60,496 nt of DNA, filler included, from Candidatus Woesearchaeota archaeon (GCA_046538795.1; 5 parts of 5 records of this genome joined end to end with filler, not necessarily neighbours in it); one strand, 5' to 3'; counted from the first letter of the whole stretch, positions 17,961 through 27,771 are shown. The notes: generated from the letters alone by a model not told the origin. Program-made: numbers and translations.

Positions 17961-18019
17961 ATATACACATACACATGTACAAATATATAAATCTATGGTT
18001 TATAAAAAAATAAAAAAAA

Positions 18020-18403
18020 TCAATTTCTTTTTGCAAGAAATAGTCCAAGACAGCCAACGACTGCAACACATGCACCTATGAATGAAAACTCAGGAACTTC
18101 TGTTAATCCTTCAAAATCCATATCAAAATCACAAAGATCTGATTCTGCTGTCTTTTCTTCTATCATTGTCTCACCAAGATAAAGCTCTCCTGTGAGTGTT
18201 CCTTCGCAATAGTCTAAGGTTCTTTGATAGTTGCCATACTTGCTTATGATATTTTTATAATCCACATAAGTTCCATCGCAATAGAACTTTACGTGCATAT
18301 CATCTGCATGGTTTTCAACATTGCCTGAGACTACGCTTTTTTCGCATGCTGCAGCTGATACTGCAAGCAGCACAAATATTGCCAGATAAATTGTTGTTTT
18401 CAT
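18020..18403 (-). CDS. Small secreted protein with a PEF-CTERM-like sorting signal
   Basis: Signal peptide; C-terminal VPEF + TM helix + KR. Confidence 0.8.
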   Translation of the reverse strand: MKTTIYLAIFVLLAVSAAACEKSVVSGNVENHADDMHVKFYCDGTYVDYKNIISKYGNYQRTLDYCEGTLTGELYLGETMIEEKTAESDLCDFDMDFEGLTEVPEFSFIGACVAVVGCLGLFLAKRN

Positions 18404-18561
18404 AAGAAAAGGTAAGAAAATATGTTTAAAATGAATTTCTCACAAATTTTTGTACAGATTTCAGAATTTATAGAAGAATTTCCGGAATCAATGGTTGTTT
18501 TTTCAGAAAATAATTCTTTTTTCGGATAATATTCAGAAGAAGCGGATGATATTCATTCAAA

Positions 18562-18787
18562 TTAGTACTTAAATATGTGTTTATGCACTCTCCCATGCTT
18601 AAGATCCTCAAAAGAATGCTTAAGCTGGCTTAAGAAATCAGTTTGCTCTTTAAGTTCTTTTTTCGTTTCATCTATCTTATTTTTCATTTTTTATTGACAT
18701 TCTTTTTTCTATGCCATATATGAACAAACTACATTCTTCTAATAGTTCATTGCGTTTTTTCAAAAGCTCTGATATATTTAGATCCAT
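18562..18787 (-). pseudogene. Putative antitoxin, split or frameshifted (36-aa and 41-aa ORFs)
   Basis: Manual translation gives MDLNISELLK...NEK* and, in a shifted frame, MKNKIDE...SFEDLKHGRV; the latter tail resembles archaeal RelE-partner antitoxins. Confidence 0.45.
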
Positions 18788-18813
18788 ATACAAAATGATT
18801 GTAATTTTAGTAT

Positions 18814-19137
18814 TTAACTCTTTTGCTGATCAGATGTATTGGAAGCCATCTTGTCAACATTTCTTAGTATAAAATCAATTATTTTTTGTTGGTTTTTCTT
18901 TTCTGATATACCAACGAGCACAATAATTACTTTATCTTCAAATATCATATAATACGCCCTGTACTTCTGGTTTTTTATCTCTCTAAACCATCTTCGCCCA
19001 TGGATTGGGTCTCCTATGGAGAAAGGATCAGTCAACAGTTTTCTGAATTGGCAGTCAAATCTTTTCTGAATCTCTTTTGTGAGTTTTGAAAATGCCTTTG
19101 AAAAATTTTCAGTTTCCAGCAATTCATATTTAGGCAT
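18814..19137 (-). CDS. RelE/ParE-family toxin
   Basis: ETENFSKAFSKL...DPFSIGDPI..WFREIK..KYRAYY. Confidence 0.75.
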   Translation of the reverse strand: MPKYELLETENFSKAFSKLTKEIQKRFDCQFRKLLTDPFSIGDPIHGRRWFREIKNQKYRAYYMIFEDKVIIVLVGISEKKNQQKIIDFILRNVDKMASNTSDQQKS

Positions 19138-19317
19138 GGCTTAATTAACAGCTATTGTCTAAAATGAATTTCTCACAAATTTTTGTACAGATTTCAGAAT
19201 TTATAGAAGAATTTCCGGAATCAATGGTTGTTTTTTCAGAAAATAATTCTTTTTTCGGATAATATTCAGAAGAAGCGGATGATAATCTTGATTCCTGTCA
19301 TAATACTAATTAAGTGC

Positions 19318-20773
19318 CAAATACTAATTTATTACTAATTTCTACTAAATTAGTAGAAACATTTAAATAAACATACGCAACATCAAATACTAATTAAGCA
19401 ATAATTAGTAGAAAATGAAAATTCCTGAAAAACCAATTGATTGGAAAAAGACTCTGGAGAATGAAGGCAACAATGTTTTCAAGCTTATCCAGGATAAGAG
19501 TCTTTTCAAGAAAATTATCGAATTTAACAAGAGATACTTATATTGGGATGAACTTAAATACAGGGTAAAAGACAAGACAGAACAAAAATATATATGGACA
19601 TTGATAAAGTTTATACGTTCTGAAAAATTTGAAGATATGCCCTTTAGTCACAAAAAGATAAAATATGTAAATCTTCCTATGGTAAATAAGTTTCTTCACA
19701 GGATAGATAAATTCCTGGCCGGAAATATTGAAGTTCAAAGCAAAAATCTAGGGCTTCAGAAAAAATACGTTATAAGTTCTCTTATGGAAGAGGCAATAGC
19801 TTCAAGCATGATAGAAGGTGCAGCTACAACAAGAAAAGCAGCAAAAAGAATGTTAAAGCAAAAACTAAGACCCAAAGATATAAGCGAACAGATGGTACTA
19901 AATGGTTATGAAACCATGCAAATGATAGTTAAAAGAAAAGATGAAGCACTTACTCCAGATTTTCTTTTGGAAATACAGACTGCAATAACCAAAGAGACTC
20001 TAAAAGAACCAAAAGATGTAGGTAATTTTCGAAACAATGATGAAATTGTAGTAGGAGATGATACAAAAGCTGAATTGATATATCATGTCCCGCCGTCACA
20101 CACCAAGATAAAAAAAATGATTAAAGAGTTGTGTGATTTTGCAAATAATGATTGCGATGACGAATTTATACACCCAGTCATAAAAGGTATTGCGCTTCAT
20201 TTTCTTATCGGATTCATACATCCATTCAATGACGGTAACGGAAGAACTGCAAGAAGTATTTTCTACTGGTATGTACTTTCAAGAGGCTATTGGTTATTTG
20301 AATATATGGCTGTTTCAAGAAGAATTCTGCGTTCAAAAAAAGGATACGGCCTGGCATATCTTTTTACAGAATTCGATGAATTTGACCTTACTTATTTCAT
20401 AAAATATAATCTTGAAGCAATAGATGATTCTCTAAACGATCTCCTTGAGTATATCAAATCAAAGCAAAAAGAACAAGAAGAAACAAGAAAAATAATACAA
20501 AAAATCAATAAGATAAACTACAGACAGGCAGATATTCTGGAAGATATGATGAAAAACCCAGATAAGACATTTACCATACAGGAAATTTCTGAAACATATC
20601 GTGTGGTCTATCAAACAGCAAGAACAGATCTTTTAACACTGCACAAGATGGGCTACGCCAAGATGTATAAGATTTCAAAAAAGTTTGTATTTCAATTTGA
20701 TGAGAAAAATAGGCCTGATCTTGAAGATTAGATTTCAAATACTAATTTATTACTAATTTCTACTAAATTAGTA
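19318..20773 (+). repeat. 38-bp perfect direct repeat (19318-19355, 20736-20773) flanking the fic gene
   Basis: CAAATACTAATTTATTACTAATTTCTACTAAATTAGTA in both copies. Confidence 0.93.
19415..20731 (+). CDS. Fic-domain protein (class II) with C-terminal wHTH
   Basis: HPFNDGNGRTAR; inhibitory SSMIEG motif; HTH-like tail. Confidence 0.93.
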   Translation: MKIPEKPIDWKKTLENEGNNVFKLIQDKSLFKKIIEFNKRYLYWDELKYRVKDKTEQKYIWTLIKFIRSEKFEDMPFSHKKIKYVNLPMVNKFLHRIDKFLAGNIEVQSKNLGLQKKYVISSLMEEAIASSMIEGAATTRKAAKRMLKQKLRPKDISEQMVLNGYETMQMIVKRKDEALTPDFLLEIQTAITKETLKEPKDVGNFRNNDEIVVGDDTKAELIYHVPPSHTKIKKMIKELCDFANNDCDDEFIHPVIKGIALHFLIGFIHPFNDGNGRTARSIFYWYVLSRGYWLFEYMAVSRRILRSKKGYGLAYLFTEFDEFDLTYFIKYNLEAIDDSLNDLLEYIKSKQKEQEETRKIIQKINKINYRQADILEDMMKNPDKTFTIQEISETYRVVYQTARTDLLTLHKMGYAKMYKISKKFVFQFDEKNRPDLED

Positions 20774-20782
20774 TTTGGAGGA

Positions 20783-21166
20783 TTATTCATGTTTTGTTTT
20801 CTTATGCTTTTTTTTAGATTTTTTATCCTTGAATTTCCTGTAATAGAGTTTTTGTTCAATATCATCAAAGAAATCTCTTATCTTCTCATGATCGCGGTAG
20901 ATAAGAATACCTCCGAAAATAGCTGAGATTGATAAAAGAGCAATCCAGAGGTTAAGCGCAGTTATTCCTCCTGTGATATTTTTTGTTGTCTCGTTATAGC
21001 CTAAGATCAATCCTACTATTATGTCAAGGCATACGCTTAATATGAACCCTAGTGTTATCTTTTCAAGAGGCTTAAGCTCTTTGAAGAATGTGAGAGTTAT
21101 AAGATATCCTGGTATGAAAAGACCAAAAGCAAACCCTGCTAAGGCATGCAATATGTCAAGGATCAT
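20783..21166 (-). CDS. Membrane protein, DUF1616 N-terminal-like
   Basis: LFIPGY...F......LEKITLGFILS; three TM helices. Confidence 0.65.
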   Translation of the reverse strand: MILDILHALAGFAFGLFIPGYLITLTFFKELKPLEKITLGFILSVCLDIIVGLILGYNETTKNITGGITALNLWIALLSISAIFGGILIYRDHEKIRDFFDDIEQKLYYRKFKDKKSKKKHKKTKHE

Positions 21167-22839
21167 ATATCCATCACCCAGAAATAAACCTCCTGGTCAA
21201 GGTTGTCAAGGCTAAATGCAATCTTTGCATAGTCATACTCATCTTCTATTGAGACTGTGTAGTTAATGGTCTCATTATAGTCATGAGGTATTGTTATTGT
21301 GCTGTTTTCAGAAATTACTTTGTATGGTTCAGGGTTGCATGTTTCTTCATCAAAGCGCTCATAGTATTCTCCATCTCTTATATAGACATTCTTTGTTATG
21401 GCTCCTGTAGAATTGTATTCGACCATCGGAGTGTAATCAAATGTAGTATTCAGGTTTGCTATTATATCTCCATTATGGTATATTATCGTATTTTCCCTTG
21501 ATTCCAGATGGAAATTGTTCCAGTCCCTGTTCTGTGTGATCGGGTAAGTGTTGTTGTTTATCTTTAATGAGCCTTTCCTGATTGTTATGTTGAATGGATC
21601 AAGAAGCTGTATGCTGATCTCAGGATTTTCTCCTTCCAAAAGATAGTTAAGAGAAAATGTTATGTCTCGTTCAATATCTTCAAGTATCTCAAGATATATC
21701 CTTCTTAATTCTTCTTCAGGGATGTTTATTATAGAAAATTCCTCAATAAGCTCATCAAAAGACTGGGGCTGTTCTGTTCCCAAGTAAAAACTTTTGTGTA
21801 GGTTGTCTGTATAGACAGAAACAGTCCTCATCCTTGTGTTTTTTTCTTTTATGGTCACGTTTACAGATTCCTGTGCATCTGTAAAGAATTCTGCCTTGAG
21901 CTGATTGTTCTTGTATAGCTCTAAAGTATTGTTTTTTCTGAAGACTTTCAGGTTTCCGTTGTTCTCAAATGGTATTATGATATCATTTATCCTGATTTCA
22001 GCAGTTCCGTTTATGGATATGGGAATGCTTGTTTCTAACAGGAAATCGTCTGCGTCAAAATCAAATGAATATTTGTTTTCATCTTCTCTTATGGTTTTTC
22101 TTTCATATTCTACATCTGAGTTTATTATCCTGTAATCAGTTATCTTATTGTTCTGTCTTGTTTTTACATTATAAAATGTTGAAAGGCCGTTTTCTTGCGC
22201 AAAGTCAAAGTAGCCTTTTGTTGCGTTAGCTATGCTTGTTTCTGATATTAACTCGTTGTTTATATATAGCTGTAATGTTGGATTATCATATATGATCATG
22301 ATATTTTTGTTGGTGAAATCCATGAATTCGTATTCAGTTTCAGTTATTTCAGGGTTTTTTGGAAGAGGGTTTAATTTTATTATCCTTGTCTTGTTTTGCC
22401 TTTCATCTATTTCTATCTCATAGATATCTGAAAACAAGATTCTTATTACCGGGTCTTTGGTTTTTGGCGAATAAGAGAATTCTAATTCATAATAATCTTC
22501 TTTTATTATCTGGCCAGGGTCAAGATGATATGTTTTGGTTTTATTGTCTGTCATATAGAGTGTTGGTTCATTGCAGTAATTGACCTTGTATAGTTCTTTT
22601 CTTAATGAGTAGTTGTATGTGAAATTGTTATTTTCTAGATTGTGTATGGTTACTGAAAAATTTGTATTTTGGTTTTGGCTTAGGAATTTTGGCAAGTTCT
22701 GAAAATCATTTATGTATAGTTCTGTGAATGATTCTGGTTCAGGTCTTGCAAGAAATAATGTTGTTATGACTATTATTATCCCAAGAATCAATGAAATTAT
22801 CATTGAATTGTACAAGTCTAGCTTGAATTTCGTTTTCAT
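21163..22839 (-). CDS. Membrane-anchored extracellular protein, DUF1616 C-terminal-like domain with a large beta-rich insert
   Basis: N-terminal TM, ESFTELY..., C-terminal VYFWV, many N-x-S/T sequons. Confidence 0.6.
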   Translation of the reverse strand: MKTKFKLDLYNSMIISLILGIIIVITTLFLARPEPESFTELYINDFQNLPKFLSQNQNTNFSVTIHNLENNNFTYNYSLRKELYKVNYCNEPTLYMTDNKTKTYHLDPGQIIKEDYYELEFSYSPKTKDPVIRILFSDIYEIEIDERQNKTRIIKLNPLPKNPEITETEYEFMDFTNKNIMIIYDNPTLQLYINNELISETSIANATKGYFDFAQENGLSTFYNVKTRQNNKITDYRIINSDVEYERKTIREDENKYSFDFDADDFLLETSIPISINGTAEIRINDIIIPFENNGNLKVFRKNNTLELYKNNQLKAEFFTDAQESVNVTIKEKNTRMRTVSVYTDNLHKSFYLGTEQPQSFDELIEEFSIINIPEEELRRIYLEILEDIERDITFSLNYLLEGENPEISIQLLDPFNITIRKGSLKINNNTYPITQNRDWNNFHLESRENTIIYHNGDIIANLNTTFDYTPMVEYNSTGAITKNVYIRDGEYYERFDEETCNPEPYKVISENSTITIPHDYNETINYTVSIEDEYDYAKIAFSLDNLDQEVYFWVMDI

Positions 22840-22991
22840 AATTTAGTTTATAATTATTCTTTATTTTTAAATGTTGAGTATATTTGAGTTATTTTTAGTT
22901 GTTCGCTCGTTCGCTTGGCAATCGATACTCGCTCACAGTCGAATTTGTCTTGTTTTTCTTGAAACTATTTTTGGATTTTGTTTAGTAATGA

Positions 22992-23426
22992 TTATTTCTT
23001 AAGAAGAGAATATATCTTTTTTGTGAAACTTATCACTTTTTCAGCATATTCTTTGTCAAGGCTTGTTCCATAATAAAGCATACCATTCCTAAAATATCTC
23101 AACTGATCTGCAAACTGGATATCTATTTCGGTTTTGCTTATTTTTCTAAGATAAGATACCTCTGCCTCGTGGGCATGACTTCCTGAAGCATTATATCCTT
23201 CTTTTAGCATCCTTGATCTTATGCATTCCATCAAGATATCATAGCAGGATTTTACAAAATCATTTGCATTGTCATTTCTTAATCCAATTTTGTTTATTTT
23301 TTCAAGAAGAAAAGAATAGCTTTTTTCTGCTTCATTTTGAAGGAATTCATATCTTGACTTGTCCGGCGATTGTTTTTTGACAATGCCACCTTCAAGAAAT
23401 TCTTCAAATTGTCTTACTGCCCTCAT
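22992..23426 (-). CDS. HEPN-domain protein
   Basis: AHEAEVSY and RNGMLYYG; overlaps the MNT gene. Confidence 0.75.
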   Translation of the reverse strand: MRAVRQFEEFLEGGIVKKQSPDKSRYEFLQNEAEKSYSFLLEKINKIGLRNDNANDFVKSCYDILMECIRSRMLKEGYNASGSHAHEAEVSYLRKISKTEIDIQFADQLRYFRNGMLYYGTSLDKEYAEKVISFTKKIYSLLKK

Positions 23427-23980
23427 AGCTCTATGCCTCCTGAAAGCACGATGCCGTTGCAGAGGTTTTCTTTTAGATGTTTATGTATCTTATCAAATGA
23501 TTCATAGCATTGTATGCTTATTTTTCTTTCAAGTGCAAATTCATATTTTTCAAGTTTTAACATCTTGTCTTTTCGCCCTATTATTGCTATATCTATATCT
23601 GAATTTTCAGTATCATCTCCCCTTGAATAACTGCCAAAGAGTATTATTGAAGATCCGGCAAATTCATGCTCAAGATATTCAATCAGATCAGATTCATATA
23701 TCTGCTCAAGATTATCTGCTCTTTTTAACTGCATAACTCTTCTGTTTTCCTTGTTCAGGCGTATTTCCCACCTGCCAGAATCTTCATCCTGAAAAGATAC
23801 CAGATAACTTTGTTTTTCTAATTCAGGCAGCGCTTTTTTTATGGCAGGAGGACTTACTTCCAAAGCTTTTGCTATATTTCTCTGATTAAGTCCAGATGTG
23901 TTTTTTATGAAAAAAAACCTTAATATCCTTCTTTGAAGATTAGTTAACCCAGGTTTATTTATGTTTACCATAGTTAACAT
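23423..23980 (-). CDS. HTH + minimal nucleotidyltransferase (MNT)
   Basis: LFGSYSRGDD.ENSDIDIAI; N-terminal HTH. Confidence 0.88.
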   Translation of the reverse strand: MLTMVNINKPGLTNLQRRILRFFFIKNTSGLNQRNIAKALEVSPPAIKKALPELEKQSYLVSFQDEDSGRWEIRLNKENRRVMQLKRADNLEQIYESDLIEYLEHEFAGSSIILFGSYSRGDDTENSDIDIAIIGRKDKMLKLEKYEFALERKISIQCYESFDKIHKHLKENLCNGIVLSGGIEL

Positions 23981-23990
23981 TAGTTAACTA
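23941..23990. promoter_or_regulatory. TAGTTAAC operator-like repeats over the HTH-MNT start
   Basis: Copies at 23941, 23971 and 23981; TAGTTAACTA palindrome next to the TATA box. Confidence 0.55.
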
Positions 23991-24165
23991 AAGTTTATAA
24001 ATATTTTGTTAATTTATGCTAAGAAGAAATATTTGATAAGCTTTTCTTATGAATTTACGAATAGTTTTTATTTTTCTTGAAAACATTTCGGAATTTCTTA
24101 AGTAATATTTTTTAATGATAAGTGAAACACAAATAATAAATAGTTTACAATATTATTTAGTACAT

Positions 24166-24408
24166 ATGGGTACGCAAATAAGTCTTAAACTATCTGAAAA
24201 GATGATAAAAGCTGCAAAAGAATATTCAGAAAGCCATGGATATGACAATCTTCAGGACTTCATACGAGAAGTTTTAAGAGAGAGGTTATTTGAAAAAGAG
24301 TCTTTGAAGGGATTATACACATATCTTGCCAGCGAAGATTCTCTTAAAAAGGCGTGGCTTAGTAAAGAGGAGGATAAAGCATGGGACTATTTGCAAAAGG
24401 AGACATAG
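24166..24408 (+). CDS. RHH-type antitoxin
   Basis: QISLKLSE..., LASEDSLKKAWLSKEEDKAW tail; overlaps the toxin gene. Confidence 0.8.
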   Translation: MGTQISLKLSEKMIKAAKEYSESHGYDNLQDFIREVLRERLFEKESLKGLYTYLASEDSLKKAWLSKEEDKAWDYLQKET

Positions 24409-24695
24409 TAATATTTCCATTTCCATACACAGATCTTAAAGATAGGAAATTAAGGCCGTGTCTTGTTCTATCATCAGAGATGCATGATGATATTCTCTTG
24501 TGCCAGATCACATCATCCGTTATTAAAAAAGATGAGTTTTCTGTTGAAATAGATAATCTAAGAGTTAAAAGTTATATAAGAGCAAATATGCTTTTCACAG
24601 CAGACAAAAATCAGATTTCAAAAAAAATAGCATCTGTTTCTTCATACAAATATGATGAAGTTGTTTCTAAAATAATAAAAGCAATAACAAGATAA
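24381..24695 (+). CDS. PemK/MazF-family toxin
   Basis: KGDIVIFPFPYTD..RKLRPCLVLS...CQITS. Confidence 0.9.
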   Translation: MGLFAKGDIVIFPFPYTDLKDRKLRPCLVLSSEMHDDILLCQITSSVIKKDEFSVEIDNLRVKSYIRANMLFTADKNQISKKIASVSSYKYDEVVSKIIKAITR

Positions 24696-24815
24696 GTATT
24701 TGTTCACTAGATATTTCATTATAGTCGAATTTGTTTTAGTTTATCTGAAAATATTTCTGTTATTGTTTTTTAATGATAAGAAAATGGTTAAAATGGTTTC
24801 TAGATTGTAATTGTT

Positions 24816-24915
24816 NNNNNNNNNNNNNNNNNNNNNNNNNNNNNNNNNNNNNNNNNNNNTTAATTAATTAANNNNNNNNNNNNNNNNNNNNNNNNNNNNN
24901 NNNNNNNNNNNNNNN
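24816..24915. other. Artificial contig linker
   Basis: N-TTAATTAATTAA-N. Confidence 0.99.
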
Positions 24916-25143
24916 AAAGAAGAACAGATAGGATTTCATAAAGGATCATTATCGACCCTTGCAAAAGAAAGGGCAGAACTTGCTAAACTACTTAATATAG
25001 TTGAGCAACTTATGCAGATGCATGTCCAGTCGCTAAAACAGCTTGGCGTTGATCTTGAAGCACAGGCTCAGCAGCAGCCTCAGGGAACACAAGCTCAGCA
25101 GCAGAACAAGCCTATTGAAGATCTTGTAAACAGACCCCAATGA
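24916..25143 (+). CDS. Hypothetical protein, 5'-partial (not in the ORF track)
   Basis: Open frame KEEQIGFHKGSLSTLAKERAEL...QQQ...RPQ*. Confidence 0.7.
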   Translation, partial: KEEQIGFHKGSLSTLAKERAELAKLLNIVEQLMQMHVQSLKQLGVDLEAQAQQQPQGTQAQQQNKPIEDLVNRPQ

Positions 25144-25238
25144 ATCTTTTTATCCTTATTTAACCTTTTTCTTTTATTTGATTTTGCAGAATCGATCTTT
25201 TATTAATGATCCATGATTTGTACAAATAGTTCAATAAC

Positions 25239-25769
25239 ATGATTATCGCAATCTCATTATCGATAATGCTTGCATTATACACTATATTCATATTAAGCCA
25301 GGGACAAGACGCATTCATAAAACAAGATGAATCATCATTCTATAAGCATTCTGCAAACAACATATCAACTTCAGTCACAGGATATGCTCTTGCAGGTGAT
25401 GATAACTCAAGGGCAACAAGGATCATGCCGGCAGGATCAATCTATTATGGAGACCAATTCTCAGTGGATATAGATGTGTATGTAGATTCTGACTATGAAC
25501 ATACATACTATGCTGTTGAAGAAACATATCCTGAAGATTTCACTATCGATAGTTCAGGAGAACTTGATGAATCAGAAGGAACTTATGAGGTAAACTCAGT
25601 ATTCTATGAAAAAGGAGAAAAAATCAACGAAAAATCAGATCCTGTCGAAATAATTCTTGGCGGTGAAAGAAAGCCGATCAACGTAAGGATCTTATCTTAT
25701 GCACTATTATCAATCCTATTTACTGCAACAATGATATTCTATTTCAGGGAGCTAAGCGTATTTGACTAA
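25239..25769 (+). CDS. Hypothetical membrane protein
   Basis: N- and C-terminal hydrophobic helices. Confidence 0.6.
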   Translation: MIIAISLSIMLALYTIFILSQGQDAFIKQDESSFYKHSANNISTSVTGYALAGDDNSRATRIMPAGSIYYGDQFSVDIDVYVDSDYEHTYYAVEETYPEDFTIDSSGELDESEGTYEVNSVFYEKGEKINEKSDPVEIILGGERKPINVRILSYALLSILFTATMIFYFRELSVFD

Positions 25770-25830
25770 AAAACAAAAATACACTCATTTATAGTAAGTT
25801 TTATATGTCTTTTGTCTCCTAGAAACCTTT

Positions 25831-26955
25831 ATGAAATTCAACGCAACAGGTCATAAAAACATCAAAGCGACCCATAAAACAACGCTTGAGTTTACAAAAG
25901 AAGATTTTCTGACTCCAAAGGGAGATTGCATAATAGGTATAGATGCAGATATAGATTTTGCAAAAGATATTCCTGTTTTCAGGAAAAGCCTGGACTTAAG
26001 AGCAAGAAAATTAAGAAAAATAAAAATAAACCTAAAACACGGCAGACATTCTGATTCAGTCATTGCCTTTTTCAATCCGCAATTCTCACATAAAGAAGCG
26101 ATGGTCGTAAGAAAATCAGCATTTATAGACAAGAGAACATTTGCATATAAGGCAAACAAAAGCTCTAAAGAACTAAAAAGAGATATTTTTGAAAGCCTAA
26201 GGAAAAAAGAAGAAAAGGGAAAACTCAGCGTAGAAATCGTTCCTGTCAGGATAAGGAATATCATATTTGATTTTGATGATACTCTTGAAGAATGGACTGA
26301 ATCTCAGCATGCGATGGAAGATGATCTTTCATCAGAGATCTGGAAAAGATACAGGATACCTAAAAAAAAATTTATGAAAGAATTCGTAAAAGCAGAAAAA
26401 AAATACATACTTAAGACTAAAAACCCAAAAAAATATTCAAGGGCCATATGGATAAAAGATGCTCTTGACGCGTTAAGCATAAAAAGCACAAAGAACGATA
26501 TCTTTGAACTGGTAGATTCTTACTGGAAGAACTGTGAGTATGCAATTAAGCTTGAAAAACATGTTATACCAACTCTTGAAGCTCTCAAAAAAGAATTCAA
26601 GCTTTTCATACTGTCTGATTCTGACGGGGGCAAAGAGCTTAAGATGGCACGAATAAGAAAGCTTGGACTTGAAAAATATTTCAAGGACATAATAACTTCA
26701 GATGACACGAAAGCAAACAAGCCATCTCCGGAAGGGTTCAAATATCTACTTAAAAAGCATGATCTGAAACCAGAAGAATGCATCTCGGTCGGGGATCATG
26801 CTGAAACAGACCTTTACACACCAAAAAATCTCGGCATGACAACTGTCTGGATAAAGCAGGGACATTGGAAAGACGCAAAAGTAGATTATAATTATATAGA
26901 TTTTGAGATAAACGACATAAAAAGCCTTCTTACAATTGCTAAGAAGTTCTCTTAA
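25831..26955 (+). CDS. DUF371 + HAD-superfamily hydrolase fusion
   Basis: GHKNIKATHKTTLEFTKE..LTPKGDCIIG; then FDFDDTL, KP, VGDH..TD. Confidence 0.85.
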   Translation: MKFNATGHKNIKATHKTTLEFTKEDFLTPKGDCIIGIDADIDFAKDIPVFRKSLDLRARKLRKIKINLKHGRHSDSVIAFFNPQFSHKEAMVVRKSAFIDKRTFAYKANKSSKELKRDIFESLRKKEEKGKLSVEIVPVRIRNIIFDFDDTLEEWTESQHAMEDDLSSEIWKRYRIPKKKFMKEFVKAEKKYILKTKNPKKYSRAIWIKDALDALSIKSTKNDIFELVDSYWKNCEYAIKLEKHVIPTLEALKKEFKLFILSDSDGGKELKMARIRKLGLEKYFKDIITSDDTKANKPSPEGFKYLLKKHDLKPEECISVGDHAETDLYTPKNLGMTTVWIKQGHWKDAKVDYNYIDFEINDIKSLLTIAKKFS

Positions 26956-27632
26956 GCTTCAGCAGGACCTATATAGCCTTTCAAGAGCATGCGACCTAAG
27001 GTCGTAAGAGAAATCATTGTCTTGCCTTTATTATCTTTTGTCTCTATGAGACCCAGCTTTTTTAATCCTTCTGATTTAAGATTTCCGTTAATATGATAGC
27101 TAACAAGAGGAAGGCTCATCTTTGTCTTCTTGCTAAGCTCTTCAAAAGAAGTTTCTTTTTCTTCTCCCAGAAGCTTTAGTATCTGCATCTTCTTGTCTGT
27201 AAGAAGACTGTAATATGAAAACTTTAGTACAGGAAGAAGGAACAATTTTTGATCATCATCTACTGAAAATGCTTTGAGTCCATTCACAAAAGCAGCACAT
27301 GTCGCAGCACATCTTGAATTGAAATCTCCTATGGCGACATTCACTATGACCTCAAACTTATTTTCAAAGGAAGCAACCTCTCCAACAATCCTGAAAATCT
27401 CTTCCCAGATGTTTCCCTTTATTATGTGTATCTTGACAGGAATATTGAATTTTTCAAGATCGGATTTTGCACGTTCAGCATGGACAGCATCCTTATCAGT
27501 AGATATGAGATGGATACGTTCTGTTGAAAATTCCTTTAAACTTACAAATAAAGGATTCATGTTCTCTGAAACAGGCGCAACGATTACTTTTTTACCCAAT
27601 TTTATAAACCCCCGATCATCAAATATAAACAA
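26952..27632 (-). CDS. CARF-like/Rossmann + wHTH transcriptional regulator (HFX_2341/DUF6293-like)
   Basis: Rossmann-like N-terminus, LP..K linker, SLPLVSYHI HTH; true start probably near 27599. Confidence 0.7.
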   Translation of the reverse strand: MFIFDDRGFIKLGKKVIVAPVSENMNPLFVSLKEFSTERIHLISTDKDAVHAERAKSDLEKFNIPVKIHIIKGNIWEEIFRIVGEVASFENKFEVIVNVAIGDFNSRCAATCAAFVNGLKAFSVDDDQKLFLLPVLKFSYYSLLTDKKMQILKLLGEEKETSFEELSKKTKMSLPLVSYHINGNLKSEGLKKLGLIETKDNKGKTMISLTTLGRMLLKGYIGPAEA

Positions 27633-27771
27633 TCTGATAACAAGATACCCTTATGAGGGTTGTTCTTATTTATAAAAGTTTTCAAATAAAATTTTCATTT
27701 TAAACAAAATATTTTTAAACCATACCTTGAATCTTAAATTTATCTTTAAAAAACAAACAAGGTGAATACAA

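Larger units (their letters stand above)
17332..18011 (+). repeat. 17-bp direct repeat ATGGTTTATAAAAAAAT (17332-17348, 17995-18011) flanking vapBC
   Basis: Exact match read from the sequence. Confidence 0.75.
18427..19284 (+). repeat. 125-bp perfect direct repeat (18427-18551, 19160-19284)
   Basis: TAAAATGAATTTCTCAC...GAAGCGGATGATA is identical in both copies. Confidence 0.95.
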
